Source: Comamonas sp. SCN 65-56
GTDB taxonomy: Bacteria; Pseudomonadota; Gammaproteobacteria; Burkholderiales; Burkholderiaceae_C
NCBI RefSeq assembly: GCF_001724135.1
Contig: NZ_MEDS01000003.1
Span: 35,140-99,139, forward strand
Direction of reading: 5' to 3'
DNA length: 64,000 bases
Both the position numbers and the translations under genes were made by a program. This document shows, one piece after another, positions 11,101 to 21,690 of the stretch. The notes under the pieces are model-generated. The model was not told the DNA's origin and ran no database searches. It was given only the letters and a program-made list of their open reading frames with translations. Within the stretch, counting starts at the first letter, position 1. Each line of letters starts with the position of its first letter.

Positions 11101-12198
11101 TCAATAGCCCAGCCGCCGGCGGATGCGCAAGCCGAAAATGGTGCCGGCAAAGGCCATCGGCGCCCAGATCCAGCCGTGGATCGAACCGGTGGAAATGCCG
11201 GAAAACATCGCGCCGATATTGCAGCCAAACGCCAGGCGCGAGCTGTAACCCAGCAACAACCCGGCGCACAGCGCCACCGTCCACTGCCTGCCCGTCATGG
11301 GCTTGTGCGACACGGGCTTGCCCGCCCCCACCCACAACGCACCGGCAAGGATGCCGATGTTGGTGATGGTGGTGACATCCAGCAGCACCGTCTGTTGCAG
11401 GATGGCCGCATTGTCGGGCAGGCTCCAGAACCAGTTGTGCGCCGGATCGATCACCCCCGCGGCGTCGGCGATCTTGGCCACCCACAGCCCCGGGCCGTAA
11501 ATGATGCCCCAGGGGTTGCCGGAGATGAACAGCGCCAGGGCGGCAAACACCGCAATCAGGATGGCACCGATCACCCACTTGCGTGCGAACAGCCCTGGCG
11601 CAGCGCCTCCGCGCGCCCGGTGCCAGGAGCGCGTGTACCAGGCCACGGCGGCGCCGATCAGGGCCAGCGCCACCAGCGTGCCCGCCAGCGCCTTCTGCCA
11701 GCCCCACTCGGTGACGAGACCCACAGGGTCGGTATGGCCCCAATCGAGCCACCAGCCCAGATGCCAACTGCCCAGAAAGCTGCCGATGGCGAACAGCGGC
11801 AGGATCGCGGTGTTCAGCGGTATGCCCAGGCCCGCCTTGTAAAACACGCCGCTGCCGCAACCATCGGCCACCTGCATGCACAGGCCGAAGACGAAGGCGC
11901 CGACGAGCAAACTCACGCTCGGTGGCCCGAGTGCGGCCGTCAGCTCGGGGTAGTAGCCCAGCAGCGGCATGCAGAAAATGGCCGCCAGACCGAATGCGAT
12001 CAGCTGCCCGATGACGCCACTCGGGTTCTTGTCCTGCACCAGGATGCGCCAGGCGGTGGTAAAGCCGAAGCGCTGGCCGGCCAGCGCCACGCCCAGGCCT
12101 ATGCCGACGAGGAACAGCAGCGCCTGACGCATGGAAACCGACCACATCATCCAGGCAAAGAAAGCCGCCATCATGGCGGCAAGCGGGAGACGTTTCAT
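11101..12198 (-). CDS. yeeE: YeeE/YedE family sulfur-compound (thiosulfate) transporter
   Basis: Polytopic membrane protein with YeeE/YedE-like repeated halves (..CGSGVFYK.., ..FGCNIGAM..); ATG 12198 overlaps rhodanese stop (ATGA); listed ORF extends to 12297. Confidence 0.8.
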   Translation of the reverse strand: MKRLPLAAMMAAFFAWMMWSVSMRQALLFLVGIGLGVALAGQRFGFTTAWRILVQDKNPSGVIGQLIAFGLAAIFCMPLLGYYPELTAALGPPSVSLLVGAFVFGLCMQVADGCGSGVFYKAGLGIPLNTAILPLFAIGSFLGSWHLGWWLDWGHTDPVGLVTEWGWQKALAGTLVALALIGAAVAWYTRSWHRARGGAAPGLFARKWVIGAILIAVFAALALFISGNPWGIIYGPGLWVAKIADAAGVIDPAHNWFWSLPDNAAILQQTVLLDVTTITNIGILAGALWVGAGKPVSHKPMTGRQWTVALCAGLLLGYSSRLAFGCNIGAMFSGISTGSIHGWIWAPMAFAGTIFGLRIRRRLGY

Positions 12199-13130
12199 TT
12201 CTTGAGATTCTTCCAGGCGAGCTCGAACGCCTGCGCGATCTGCATGCGGCGGCTGGGGGCGTTGAGCATGGGCAGCGGCTCGGGCGCCTGTACCCAATCG
12301 ACCATGGAGCCGGGGTAGATCTTCACGTCCTTGATGCCCAGCACCTCATGCATCTCGAACCAGACCAGCGCCGACCAGACACCGGTATTGCAAAACAGCA
12401 CCAGATCCTGGCCTTCCGAGCGCTTGATTTCACTGGCCAACGCGCGCGCGGCGTCGGTCGAGACCGCGATGGCCGAACCGTTTTGCACCCAGCGGGTGAA
12501 ATCCTGCTGCACCGCTCCCGCAATCGTGCCCGCCATGAGCGCCATCGGCGCCTTGAACCGGCCTTCGTAAAAATTCTCGGGCCGCACATCCAGCAACACC
12601 GCGTCGTGCTTTTGGACATGCTCCAGCACCTGCGCGCGCGTCGCGGTCCAACGTCCGCTGAAGCCGGGTTGCCAGTCGGTGTGCGGCACCGTCGCCACGG
12701 ACTTGGTGGTTTCCTTGCCATCAAAATCCCAGGACTGCATGCCGCCATCGAGAATGAAGAGCTGCTTCACGCCAAGGGACTTGAGCATCCAGTAGACCCG
12801 CGCGGCAGCGCCGAAATCGGTGCCATCGCTGCCCGCGGAGATCACGGCCACGGGGTTGTCCGGCGTCAGCCCGAGGCGCTGCACCAATGCCACCATGTCC
12901 TGTGCGGGCGGCAGGATGCCGAAATTCTCCGGCGGGCCCAGCCATTCGTTGTAGGGGGCATTCTGCGCACCCTGGATGTGCCCCCCGGCAAAGCTCTGTG
13001 CATCGCGGATATCGACAATGCGCATTTGCGGGTTGGAAAGCAAGGGCTCCAGTCCATCGGAAGTGAGCAGCGGCTGCGCGGCGGCGGCTGCTCCGCACCA
13101 GAGAAACAACGCGAAAATCCAATACTTCAT
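12195..13130 (-). CDS. periplasmic two-domain rhodanese (thiosulfate/3-mercaptopyruvate sulfurtransferase-like)
   Basis: Start at MKYWIFALFLWCGAAAAAQ (signal peptide); two rhodanese domains, active-site loop CNTGVWS in the second; listed ORF extends to 13232. Confidence 0.85.
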   Translation of the reverse strand: MKYWIFALFLWCGAAAAAQPLLTSDGLEPLLSNPQMRIVDIRDAQSFAGGHIQGAQNAPYNEWLGPPENFGILPPAQDMVALVQRLGLTPDNPVAVISAGSDGTDFGAAARVYWMLKSLGVKQLFILDGGMQSWDFDGKETTKSVATVPHTDWQPGFSGRWTATRAQVLEHVQKHDAVLLDVRPENFYEGRFKAPMALMAGTIAGAVQQDFTRWVQNGSAIAVSTDAARALASEIKRSEGQDLVLFCNTGVWSALVWFEMHEVLGIKDVKIYPGSMVDWVQAPEPLPMLNAPSRRMQIAQAFELAWKNLKK

Positions 13131-13198
13131 GCTGCCATGGCCCTGCATCAAGCCCTCATTGTCCGGCAGCGGGCACCGGCCACTAACGACATTTTCCT

Positions 13199-13429
13199 GT
13201 GATGCATATGAACGAAACGCCTGAACACACACCCAACCCGCCGATCACCGTGCCTTGCCCCACCTGCGGCCATCCCGCGCTGTTCGCCCGCTCCAACCGC
13301 TACCGCCCCTTTTGCAGCGAACGCTGCAAGCAGATCGACCTCTGTGCCTGGGCGGCGGAAGACTTTCGCGTACCGACCGAAGCCCCGCCCGATGATGCGC
13401 CCTACGGCGACCCCAGGCAACAGCCGTGA
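13199..13429 (+). CDS. yacG: DNA gyrase inhibitor YacG (zinc finger)
   Basis: 76 aa; CPTCG..(N)..[13 protein letters not shown] zinc-ribbon pattern; true start may be 13205 or 13211. Confidence 0.8.
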   Translation: MMHMNETPEHTPNPPITVPCPTCGHPALFARSNRYRPFCSERCKQIDLCAWAAEDFRVPTEAPPDDAPYGDPRQQP

Positions 13430-13485
13430 ATTCAAACAAAATTCGGCTCTAACGCTTGTCCAGCATGCGATGGCAGCTATTGTTG
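13430..13485 (+). repeat. dispersed intergenic repeat, family 1 (copy b)
   Basis: attcaaacaaaattcggctctaacgcttgtccagcatgcgatggcagctattgttg, immediately after the yacG stop. Confidence 0.75.
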
Positions 13486-13494
13486 CAGTAGTAA

Positions 13495-13923
13495 TCACGC
13501 CCCCAACGCTGCCGCATCAAACGGCACGCCCCACTCTTGCGCGAGCATTTCCAGCACCGGGAACGCCCCCGGCAACAGCGGGCGCACCGTGGGCGGCCAG
13601 GCTTGCCAGGCCATGCGCTGGCTTTCACGCATCTCGAATTCGCCCTGCCAGTCGAACACCTTGCACCAGTGCAAGCGAACCAGCGCATGCGGGTAGTCGT
13701 GCTCGGTTACCTTCCAGGGCTGGGCGGCTGCAATCGTGATGCCCAGCTCCTCCTGCAGCTCGCGGCGCAGCGCCGCTTCAACGCTCTCGCCCGCCTCCAG
13801 CTTGCCGCCCGGAAACTCCCAGTAGCCCGCATAGGGCTTGCCTTCAGGGCGCGAGCTCAGCAGCATGCTGCGATCGGGCCTGAGCAGGATGCCCGCGGCG
13901 ACCTCGGTGAAGCGGAGCGTCAC
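13495..13923 (-). CDS. NUDIX hydrolase (MutT-like)
   Basis: 142 aa; Nudix box GGKLEAGESVEAALRRELQEELGI; GTG start overlaps upstream stop (GTGA). Confidence 0.85.
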   Translation of the reverse strand: MTLRFTEVAAGILLRPDRSMLLSSRPEGKPYAGYWEFPGGKLEAGESVEAALRRELQEELGITIAAAQPWKVTEHDYPHALVRLHWCKVFDWQGEFEMRESQRMAWQAWPPTVRPLLPGAFPVLEMLAQEWGVPFDAAALGA

Positions 13924-14789
13924 TGGGCCCGCCCGGCGAAATCACGTGCAAACTGGTAGGCCACGCGGCCGCTGCGCGAACCACGCTCCAGCGCCCAGAG
14001 CAGCGCCTCATGCCGCGCCGCCGCGATGGCCTCAGGGGCCGCGCCAAAATGCGTGAGCCACTGCGCGGCAATCGCAAGATATTCGTCCTGGTTGAAGGGG
14101 TAAAAGCTCACCCAGAGGCCAAAGCGCTCGGAAAGCGAAATTTTTTCCTCCACCACCTCGCCCGGATGCACCTCGCCATCGTCGGTATGGGTGTAGGTGA
14201 GGTTTTCCTTCATGTATTCGGGCAGCAGGTGGCGGCGGTTGCTGGTGGCGTAGATCAGCACATTGGGCGTGGCCGCAGCCACCGAGCCATCCAGAATGCT
14301 CTTGAGCGCCTTGTAGCCCGGCTCGCCCTCGTCAAAGCTCAGGTCGTCGCAGAAGACGATGAATTTTTCGGGCCTGTCAGCCACCACCTCGACGATGTCG
14401 GGCAGGTCGGTAAGGTCGCTCTTGTCCACCTCGATCAGGCGCAGGCCGCGCGGCGCATAGGTATTGAGGCAGGCCTTGATGAGCGAAGACTTGCCGGTGC
14501 CGCGCGCTCCCGTCAGCAGCACGTTGTTGGCCGGTTTGCCGCTGACGAACTGCTCGGTGTTGCGGCGGATCTTTTCCTTCTGCGGCTCGATCTCCTTGAG
14601 GTCATCGAGCCCCAGTGTGGCCACGTGGCGCACGGGATCAAGCGTGCTGCCACCACTGGCGCGGCGGCGGTAGCGCCAGGCGATGGCGGCGCCCCAGTCA
14701 GGCGCGCACAGCGGTCTGGGCAGAATGGTTTCAATGCGGGCAAGCAACTGATCGGCGCGTGCGATCAGCAAATCCAGTTTATCAGTCAT
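13920..14789 (-). CDS. AAA-type ATPase of the DUF815 family
   Basis: 289 aa; Walker A GARGTGKSS, Walker B FIVFCDDLSF. Confidence 0.75.
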   Translation of the reverse strand: MTDKLDLLIARADQLLARIETILPRPLCAPDWGAAIAWRYRRRASGGSTLDPVRHVATLGLDDLKEIEPQKEKIRRNTEQFVSGKPANNVLLTGARGTGKSSLIKACLNTYAPRGLRLIEVDKSDLTDLPDIVEVVADRPEKFIVFCDDLSFDEGEPGYKALKSILDGSVAAATPNVLIYATSNRRHLLPEYMKENLTYTHTDDGEVHPGEVVEEKISLSERFGLWVSFYPFNQDEYLAIAAQWLTHFGAAPEAIAAARHEALLWALERGSRSGRVAYQFARDFAGRAQ

Positions 14790-14793
14790 TTAT

Positions 14794-14836
14794 CGCTCTA
14801 GCGCCCGCTGAACAAGCGCGAGCAGCTATCAATTTC
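14794..14836 (+). repeat. dispersed intergenic repeat, family 1 (copy c, right part)
   Basis: cgctctagcgcccgctgaacaagcgcgagcagctatcaatttc fills the spacer between argJ stop and the DUF815 start. Confidence 0.7.
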
Positions 14837-16064
14837 AGGAACGGTAGTCGGCGTTGATCGTGACGTAGTCGTGGCTCAGGTCGCAGGTCCAGACCGTCTC
14901 GGCCGCATCGCCACGGCCCAGCTGCACGCGCACCGTGATCTCGGCTTGCCGCATCACGCGCTGGCCGTCTTCCTCACGGTAGCTGGTGTTGCGCCCGCCG
15001 CGCGTGACCACGTGCACCTCGTCCAGGAACAGCTCTATCCTGGTCTGATCCAGATCGGCAATGCCTGCGTAACCCACGGCCGCGAGGATGCGCCCGAGGT
15101 TGGGGTCGCTGGCGAAAAACGCGGTCTTGACCAGCGGCGAGTGCGCGATGGCGTAAGCGGCCCTCAGGCACTCGTCGGCGTTGGCGCCCTGCTCCACGCG
15201 CACCGTGATGAACTTGGTCGCGCCCTCGCCATCGCGCACGATGGCCTGCGCGAGCTGCTGCGCCACACTGGTGAGGGCGGCCAACAGCGCCTGACCTTCG
15301 CTGCTGGTGAGCGACGTGATGGGCGCATGCGCCGCCTTGCGCGTGGCGATCAGAATGAAGGAGTCGTTGGTCGAGGTGTCGCCATCGACCGTCACGCGGT
15401 TGAACGAGGCATCGGCCAGTTCGCGCACCGCCTGCGTGAGCAGCTCGGGCGCGATGTTGGCGTCTGTCGCGACAAAGCCCAGCATGGTCGCCATGTTGGG
15501 GTGGATCATCCCGGCGCCCTTGGCGATGCCGGTGACGGTGACCGTTGCGCCACCTATCACCGCCTGGGCACTGAACGCCTTGGGCTGGGTGTCGGTGGTC
15601 ATGATGGCCTCGGCCGCGCGCAGCCAGTGATCGGCCTGCGCATCCGCAATCGCGGCAGGCAAACCGGCCACGACGCGCTCGACCGGCAGCGGCTCCATGA
15701 TCACGCCGGTGGAAAACGGCAACACCTGGTTGGCCTGCAAGCCCAGCTTGCCCGCCAGCTCGGCGCAGGTGGCGCGCGCATCGGCCAGGCCCTGCGCGCC
15801 CGTGCCCGCATTGGCCACGCCGGTGTTCACCACCAGCGCGCGGATGCCGTGCCCGCCGAGCAGGTGCTCACGGCAGACCTGCACCGGCGCGGCGCAGAAG
15901 CGGTTCTGTGTGAACACGCCCGCCACCGCCGCGCCTTCGTCCAGCAGAAACACCGTCACATCCTTGCGGCCCGCCTTGCGTACGCCCGCTTCGGTACTGC
16001 CCACGCGCAGGCCCGCCACGGCATGCAGGTCCCTGGCAACAGGGGGCTTCAGGTTCACGGACAC
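14835..16064 (-). CDS. argJ: bifunctional glutamate N-acetyltransferase / amino-acid acetyltransferase
   Basis: ArgJ family (..[14 protein letters not shown].. autoprocessing region); start set at GTG 16064 behind GGGAGG, listed ORF starts at TTG 16100 overlapping secA. Confidence 0.9.
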   Translation of the reverse strand: MSVNLKPPVARDLHAVAGLRVGSTEAGVRKAGRKDVTVFLLDEGAAVAGVFTQNRFCAAPVQVCREHLLGGHGIRALVVNTGVANAGTGAQGLADARATCAELAGKLGLQANQVLPFSTGVIMEPLPVERVVAGLPAAIADAQADHWLRAAEAIMTTDTQPKAFSAQAVIGGATVTVTGIAKGAGMIHPNMATMLGFVATDANIAPELLTQAVRELADASFNRVTVDGDTSTNDSFILIATRKAAHAPITSLTSSEGQALLAALTSVAQQLAQAIVRDGEGATKFITVRVEQGANADECLRAAYAIAHSPLVKTAFFASDPNLGRILAAVGYAGIADLDQTRIELFLDEVHVVTRGGRNTSYREEDGQRVMRQAEITVRVQLGRGDAAETVWTCDLSHDYVTINADYRS

Positions 16065-16078
16065 GACGTTCCTCCCGA

Positions 16079-18838
16079 TCAGGCCAGCTTGCCGTGGCAA
16101 TGCTTGTATTTCTTCCCGCTGCCGCAGGGGCAGGGATCGTTGCGCCCGACGCGCGGAAACTCTGCCGCTGCCGCAGCAGTGCCCGCAGTGGCCGCGGCTG
16201 CCGTCACCTGCGCCTCGCCCGTCTCACCCGGCGCGCTGTAGGTCACATTGGTCACGCTCTCGCTGCGCGCGCTGACGGCCTGCGCCGCCTCATCCACTTG
16301 CGTCGGAGACTGCACCTGCACCGTCATCATCACGCGCGTGACTTCACTACGGATATGGTCCAGCAGCTGGCGGAACATCTCGAACGACTCACGCTTGTAT
16401 TCCTGCTTGGGCTGCACCTGCGCGTAGCTGCGCAGATGGATGCCCTGGCGCAGATAGTCCAGCGCCGTGAGGTGGTCGCGCCAGCTCGAATCCACGCTCT
16501 GCAGCAGCACCGCCCGCTCAAAACGCTGGAAGTTCTCCGCGCCCACCAGCGCCACCTTGGCATCAAAGGATTCGCGGGCTGCCGTCACCACCTTCTCGAC
16601 GATGTCTTCTTCCGAGAGGATCTCGGACGCCTGCACCTCGCTTACCAACGCAATATTGAGCTGCCAATTGGCTGCCAGGTCTTTTTCCAGCCCGGCCAGA
16701 TCCCACTGCTCTTCCACCGACTCCGCCGGCACATACAGACGCACCACATCGGTGATCGCGCCATCACGCATCGCGGCGATCATCCCCGACAGATCGCTCG
16801 TATCCAGAATTTCGTTGCGCTGCTGGTAGATCACCTTGCGCTGCTCGTTGGCGACGTCGTCGTATTCGAGCAATTGCTTGCGCATGTCGAAGTTGCGCCC
16901 TTCCACCTTGCGCTGCGCGCTCTCGATGCTGCGCGTGACCATGCCGGCCTCGATCGCCTCGCCATCAGGCATCTTCAGCCGCTCCATGATGGCCTTGACG
17001 CGGTCGCCCGCGAAGATGCGCATCAGCGGATCGTCCAGGCTCAGGTAGAAGCGCGAGGAGCCCGGGTCGCCCTGGCGGCCCGAGCGGCCACGCAACTGGT
17101 TGTCGATACGGCGACTCTCGTGGCGTTCGGTGGCGATGATGCGCAGACCGCCCAGGGCCACGACCTTCTCGTTGTCCAGCTTCCACTGATCCTTCAGCGC
17201 GGCAATCTGGCGCTCGCGCTCCGACTCGGAAAGCGACTCGTCCGCGCGCAGCGCCACGATGCGCTTGTCGATGTTGCCGCCCAGCACGATGTCGGTGCCG
17301 CGGCCGGCCATGTTGGTGGCAATCGTGATCGACCCCGCCTGGCCCGCCTGCGCGATGATGTCTGCCTCGCGCTCGTGCTGCTTGGCGTTGAGCACCTGGT
17401 GCGGCAGCTTGGCCTTGACCAGCAGCTCGTCGATGATTTCCGAGTTCTCGATCGACGAGGTTCCCACCAGCACCGGCTGGCCACGCTCGTGGCACTCACG
17501 GATGTCGGCAATCGCCGCCTCGTACTTCTCGCGCGTGGTCTTGTAGACACGGTCGAGCTGGTCGTCGCGCCGGCTCGGCTTGTTCGGCGGAATGATCACG
17601 GTTTCCAGGCCGTAGATGTCCTGGAACTCATAGGCCTCGGTATCGGCCGTGCCGGTCATGCCCGAGAGCTTGGTGTAGAGGCGGAAATAATTCTGGAACG
17701 TAATGGAAGCCAGCGTCTGGTTCTCGGCCTGGATGTTCACGCCCTCCTTGGCCTCGACCGCCTGGTGCAAGCCTTCGCTCCAGCGCCGCCCCGACATCAG
17801 GCGGCCGGTGAACTCGTCGACGATGACGACCTCGCCATCCTGCACCACATAGTGCTCGTCCCGATGGAACAAATGGTGCGCACGCAGCGCCGCGTAGAGA
17901 TGGTGCACGAGCGAAATGTTGGACGCGGCATACAGCGACTGGCCATCGCCAATCAGCCCCTGGCTCGCCAGAATGCGCTCGGCGTTCTCAAATCCCTGCT
18001 CGGTCAGCGTCACCTGCCGCTGCTTCTCGTCAACCGTGAAGTCGCCCGGCGTGACCACGCCCTCGCCGGTACGCGCGTTGGCCTCGCCCTCCTGGCGCTT
18101 GAGCAGTGGCACCACCTTGTCCATCGCCACATAAAGCGCGGTATGGTCTTCCGCCTGGCCGCTGATGATGAGCGGCGTGCGCGCCTCGTCGATCAGGATC
18201 GAATCGACTTCGTCCACGATGGCGTAGTTCAGGCTGCGCTGCACCCGGTCCTGCGTCTCATACACCATGTTGTCGCGCAGGTAGTCGAAACCGTACTCGT
18301 TGTTCGTTCCGTAGGTGATGTCGGCGTTGTAGGCCGCCTGCTTTTCCTCGCGCGGCATGTTGGGCAGGTTGATGCCCACCGTCAGCCCGAGGAAGTTGTA
18401 CAACTGCCCCATCCACTGCGCATCGCGGCCGGCAAGGTAGTCATTGACCGTGACCACGTGCACGCCCTTGCCCGCCAAGGCATTCAGATACACCGAGAGC
18501 GTGGCCGTCAGCGTCTTGCCTTCGCCGGTACGCATTTCGGCGATCTTGCCGTAGTGCAGCACCATGCCACCGATGAGCTGCACATCGAAATGGCGCATCT
18601 TCATGACGCGCTTGGAGCCCTCACGCACCACCGCAAAGGCTTCGGGCAGCAGATCGTCCAGCGTCTCGCCCTTGGCCAGGCGCTCACGAAATTCCTGCGT
18701 CTTGCCCTGCAGCGCCTCGTCGCTCAACTTTTCGTATTCCGCCTCCATCGCGTTGATGCGATGGACCGTCTTGCGGTATTGCTTGAGCAGCCGGTCGTTG
18801 CGGCTGCCGATGATTCTGGTGAAAAAGTTGGTGCCCAT
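16079..18838 (-). CDS. secA: preprotein translocase ATPase SecA
   Basis: 919 aa; canonical SecA sequence throughout, C-terminal zinc motif [14 protein letters not shown]. Confidence 0.98.
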   Translation of the reverse strand: MGTNFFTRIIGSRNDRLLKQYRKTVHRINAMEAEYEKLSDEALQGKTQEFRERLAKGETLDDLLPEAFAVVREGSKRVMKMRHFDVQLIGGMVLHYGKIAEMRTGEGKTLTATLSVYLNALAGKGVHVVTVNDYLAGRDAQWMGQLYNFLGLTVGINLPNMPREEKQAAYNADITYGTNNEYGFDYLRDNMVYETQDRVQRSLNYAIVDEVDSILIDEARTPLIISGQAEDHTALYVAMDKVVPLLKRQEGEANARTGEGVVTPGDFTVDEKQRQVTLTEQGFENAERILASQGLIGDGQSLYAASNISLVHHLYAALRAHHLFHRDEHYVVQDGEVVIVDEFTGRLMSGRRWSEGLHQAVEAKEGVNIQAENQTLASITFQNYFRLYTKLSGMTGTADTEAYEFQDIYGLETVIIPPNKPSRRDDQLDRVYKTTREKYEAAIADIRECHERGQPVLVGTSSIENSEIIDELLVKAKLPHQVLNAKQHEREADIIAQAGQAGSITIATNMAGRGTDIVLGGNIDKRIVALRADESLSESERERQIAALKDQWKLDNEKVVALGGLRIIATERHESRRIDNQLRGRSGRQGDPGSSRFYLSLDDPLMRIFAGDRVKAIMERLKMPDGEAIEAGMVTRSIESAQRKVEGRNFDMRKQLLEYDDVANEQRKVIYQQRNEILDTSDLSGMIAAMRDGAITDVVRLYVPAESVEEQWDLAGLEKDLAANWQLNIALVSEVQASEILSEEDIVEKVVTAARESFDAKVALVGAENFQRFERAVLLQSVDSSWRDHLTALDYLRQGIHLRSYAQVQPKQEYKRESFEMFRQLLDHIRSEVTRVMMTVQVQSPTQVDEAAQAVSARSESVTNVTYSAPGETGEAQVTAAAATAGTAAAAAEFPRVGRNDPCPCGSGKKYKHCHGKLA

Positions 18839-18985
18839 GCGAATCCGACCACGCCCGCATGCCCCGTGGCAGCAACGTGGTCTTTGACCTCAAAGAGAAA
18901 ACAAGCGCAGATGCAGGCTGTTGGCGCCAATTGCAAGTGTCTGCAAAGGGTGCTCGCCAACCGAACAACGCCCAAACGGCGCATT

Positions 18986-19915
18986 TTACTGTTGCGGCGC
19001 GTCCACCAGATGCTCGCGCCCGGCGACCATTTGGACCGGCGCCCTACCGCGCCCGCCAAACAGGAAATCGCCCGGGTTCTGCCATGCACCGTCCTTGAGC
19101 ACCTCAAAATGCAGATGCGGTCCGGTAACCCGACCGGTAGATCCGACCTCGGCAATTTTTTGTCCCTGCCGGACCAGATCGCCCATCTTCACCAGCACCC
19201 TGGACGCATGGGCATAGCGCGTGATCAGCCCGCTGCCATGGGCAATCTCCACCATGTTGCCGTATTCGCGGTGAAACTCCTGGGTGACCACGACACCCCC
19301 CGCAGCCGCCGAAATCACCGTACCCGTCGGTGCGGGAAAATCCAGTCCGGTGTGCCGCGCCGCATGCCCGTTGAGCGGATCGATGCGCGTGCCGTAGGGC
19401 GAACCGACAGGCCTGTCCTGAACCGGCAATAGCGAAGGCACCATGGCGGTGCGGACTTGCCTGTCCACCAGACGCGACTCAATGGTGAGCATGCGATCCT
19501 GCTGCGCCCTGGAGCGCGCATCCAGATCATCGAGCATGCCGTCCAATTCCTGCATGGACAGTGGCCTGTCTTCCCACAGAATGCCGCCCTGTCCGGCACG
19601 CGGTTCCCACTTCACGGCGGGCAGGCCCGCGAGCCCGCGCACCCGTTCGTCGAGCGATTCCAGTTGCATCAGCCGTGCCTGCATCTCGCCCACCTTGCGC
19701 GCCATGGCATCGATGCTGGCGCGCACGGCCTTTTCCTGCTCCTGCACCAGCCGATCCGGCGACGGCCAGCGCGCGACTGCCCGGTCAATCACGGTCTGAG
19801 GCAAAACGGCAGCCCTGGGCATGAGCCAGGCCAATCCCGCCGCAAGCGCAAGCAGCAGCAACAGAGCTGCCAGCGCATGAGGCCAACCCACACGCAACAC
19901 GCGGCTGCGGGCCAT
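18986..19915 (-). CDS. M23 family metallopeptidase with N-terminal membrane anchor and coiled coil
   Basis: Start at MARSRVLRVGWPHALAALLLLLALA; HxxxD (HTGLD) and HLHFEV M23 motifs; listed ORF extends to 20119. Confidence 0.85.
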   Translation of the reverse strand: MARSRVLRVGWPHALAALLLLLALAAGLAWLMPRAAVLPQTVIDRAVARWPSPDRLVQEQEKAVRASIDAMARKVGEMQARLMQLESLDERVRGLAGLPAVKWEPRAGQGGILWEDRPLSMQELDGMLDDLDARSRAQQDRMLTIESRLVDRQVRTAMVPSLLPVQDRPVGSPYGTRIDPLNGHAARHTGLDFPAPTGTVISAAAGGVVVTQEFHREYGNMVEIAHGSGLITRYAHASRVLVKMGDLVRQGQKIAEVGSTGRVTGPHLHFEVLKDGAWQNPGDFLFGGRGRAPVQMVAGREHLVDAPQQ

Positions 19916-19975
19916 GCGGACATCGGTAATGATCAAGTGCACAATGCGCGCTCCTTGCAGTCCATTCACGCCACC

Positions 19976-20302
19976 ATGCAACGCCGCCACCACGCGATCA
20001 CACTGGAACAAGCCAGCGAAGAGGCGCCGGTCCTTGCCCGGCTGGCAAGCCTGGCACGCGAGTCTGGCGCCCGCCTGCAATCGTTGAAGACCTTGATTCC
20101 CGCCGCTCTGCACTCGCAAATTGCGCCAGGGCCGATTGAAGGCGATGCCTGGTGCCTGCTGGTCAACAGCAACGCCGCCGCCACCAAGATCCGGCAGCTA
20201 GCCCCTGCGCTGATCACTCATCTGCAGGGGCAAGGGTGCGAGGTTAACGTGATCCGGGTGAAAATTCAATCTGCACATTCCGCCACCCGGTCGCGGTTGT
20301 GA
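19976..20302 (+). CDS. DUF721 (DciA-like) protein
   Basis: 108-aa C-terminal part of listed ORF 19457..20302 (MQRRHHAITLEQ...WCLLVNSNAAATKIRQL); divergent from the M23 gene near secA, as is typical. Confidence 0.55.
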   Translation: MQRRHHAITLEQASEEAPVLARLASLARESGARLQSLKTLIPAALHSQIAPGPIEGDAWCLLVNSNAAATKIRQLAPALITHLQGQGCEVNVIRVKIQSAHSATRSRL

Positions 20303-20372
20303 TCCACATTCGATCCCGGTGTCCGTTTCGGGCAATCAAACCGGTGAGGCAGCGAAAATGCCCCGCGAAAAA

Positions 20373-20448
20373 TGGTGCCGGTTGTCGGATTCGAACTGAC
20401 GACCTACCGCTTACAAGGCGGGTGCTCTACCAACTGAGCTAAACCGGC
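20373..20448 (-). tRNA. tRNA-Thr (anticodon UGU)
   Basis: Reverse complement GCCGGTTTAGCTCAGTTGGTAGAGCACCCGCCTTGTAAGCGGTAGGTCGTCAGTTCGAATCCGACAACCGGCACCA folds as a cloverleaf; encoded CCA; anticodon loop CTTGTAA. Confidence 0.9.
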
Positions 20449-20493
20449 GAGTGGCGCATTTTATCTGGCGCCGACAGTACAAATGCCGCTGGG

Positions 20494-20976
20494 CTACTTG
20501 ATGCGCTTGAGCGCTGGGCGGCGACCATGGGGGTCTGTCGGCCTGGGCGGATCGTCTTGCGGCTTGGTGGGTCTATTGCTGTCTTTCACCGATTGCAGAC
20601 CTGCGGGATGTGGCTGGGCCGTTGGCGTTTGCTGCAACAGGGGCGTGCCTCCCTCTTCCACCGGAAATGCCATGCCTTGTCCGTTTTCCCGCGCGTAGAT
20701 CGCGGACACACGGCCTATCGGGACGGCAATGTCACGCGGTTTGCCACCGAAGCGCGCCTTGAATACGACAAATTCGTTGGAAATCTGCAAAGCACTGGTG
20801 GCTTCATCGCTGACGTTCAGCACGATCTCCCCATTCGCCACGTATTCCCGCGGCACCTGGACGGAATCGTCGACGCGCACCACGATGTAGGGCGTCAGAC
20901 CATTGTCGGAACACCACTCGTGCAGCGCCCGCAGCAGATAAGGGCGTGTGGATACATCCTTCGCATCGCCATCCAT
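20494..20976 (-). CDS. sspB: ClpXP adaptor SspB (stringent starvation protein B)
   Basis: 160 aa; RPYLLRALHEWCSDNGLTPYIVV N-terminal domain, disordered tail ending ALKRIK. Confidence 0.9.
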   Translation of the reverse strand: MDGDAKDVSTRPYLLRALHEWCSDNGLTPYIVVRVDDSVQVPREYVANGEIVLNVSDEATSALQISNEFVVFKARFGGKPRDIAVPIGRVSAIYARENGQGMAFPVEEGGTPLLQQTPTAQPHPAGLQSVKDSNRPTKPQDDPPRPTDPHGRRPALKRIK

Positions 20977-20989
20977 GGTGCCGCCCCCG

Positions 20990-21601
20990 TTATTTGCGCA
21001 TGACCTTTTCCGAGGGTGTCAATGCCTCGATGTAGGCCGGCCGCGAAAACACGCGCTCCGCGTACTTCAGCAAAGGCGCCGCGTTCTTGGAAAGCTCGAT
21101 ACCGTAGTAATCAAGGCGCCAGAGCAGAGGCGCGATCGCCACGTCCAGCATGGAGAAGCCATCGCCCAGCATGTACTTGTTCTTCAGGAATACCGGTGCC
21201 AGTTGCGTGAGCCTGTCCCGAATATGCCCGCGCGCCTTCTCCAGCGCCTTCTCGTTGCCCTTGGAAGCGCGCGATTCAAGCGTATGCACGTGCACGAACA
21301 GCTCTTTCTCGAAATTCAGGAGAAACAGGCGTACGCGTGCCCGATCCACCGGATCGCCGGGCATCAGTTGCGGATGCGGAAAGCGCTCGTCAATGTATTC
21401 ATTGATGATGTTGGATTCGTACAGAATCAGGTCCCGCTCTACCAGGATGGGCACCTGACCGTACGGGTTCATCACGCTGATGTCTTCCGGCTTGTTGTAC
21501 AGATCAACATCGCGAATCTCGAAATCCATGCCTTTTTCGAACAGGACGAAACGGCAACGGTGTGAGAACGGGCAAGTCGTACCCGAGTAAAGCACCATCA
21601 T
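20990..21601 (-). CDS. sspA: stringent starvation protein A (GST-like)
   Basis: Start at MMVLYSGTTCPFSHRCRFVLFEKG; listed ORF extends to 21655. Confidence 0.9.
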   Translation of the reverse strand: MMVLYSGTTCPFSHRCRFVLFEKGMDFEIRDVDLYNKPEDISVMNPYGQVPILVERDLILYESNIINEYIDERFPHPQLMPGDPVDRARVRLFLLNFEKELFVHVHTLESRASKGNEKALEKARGHIRDRLTQLAPVFLKNKYMLGDGFSMLDVAIAPLLWRLDYYGIELSKNAAPLLKYAERVFSRPAYIEALTPSEKVMRK

Positions 21602-21690
21602 GTGCGCAAGCTCCTCAAAATCAAAAGAGTGGGCACGCCAGTGCCCACTCCCCATTCATGCAATTTCCCGTGCGAAATGCGCACAGGCCG

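Noticed and set aside
16094-19432. 1112-aa ORF on the plus strand
   Set aside because: It is antisense to secA and the M23 peptidase gene, with no recognisable motifs. It is a mirror-frame artefact of high GC3 genes.
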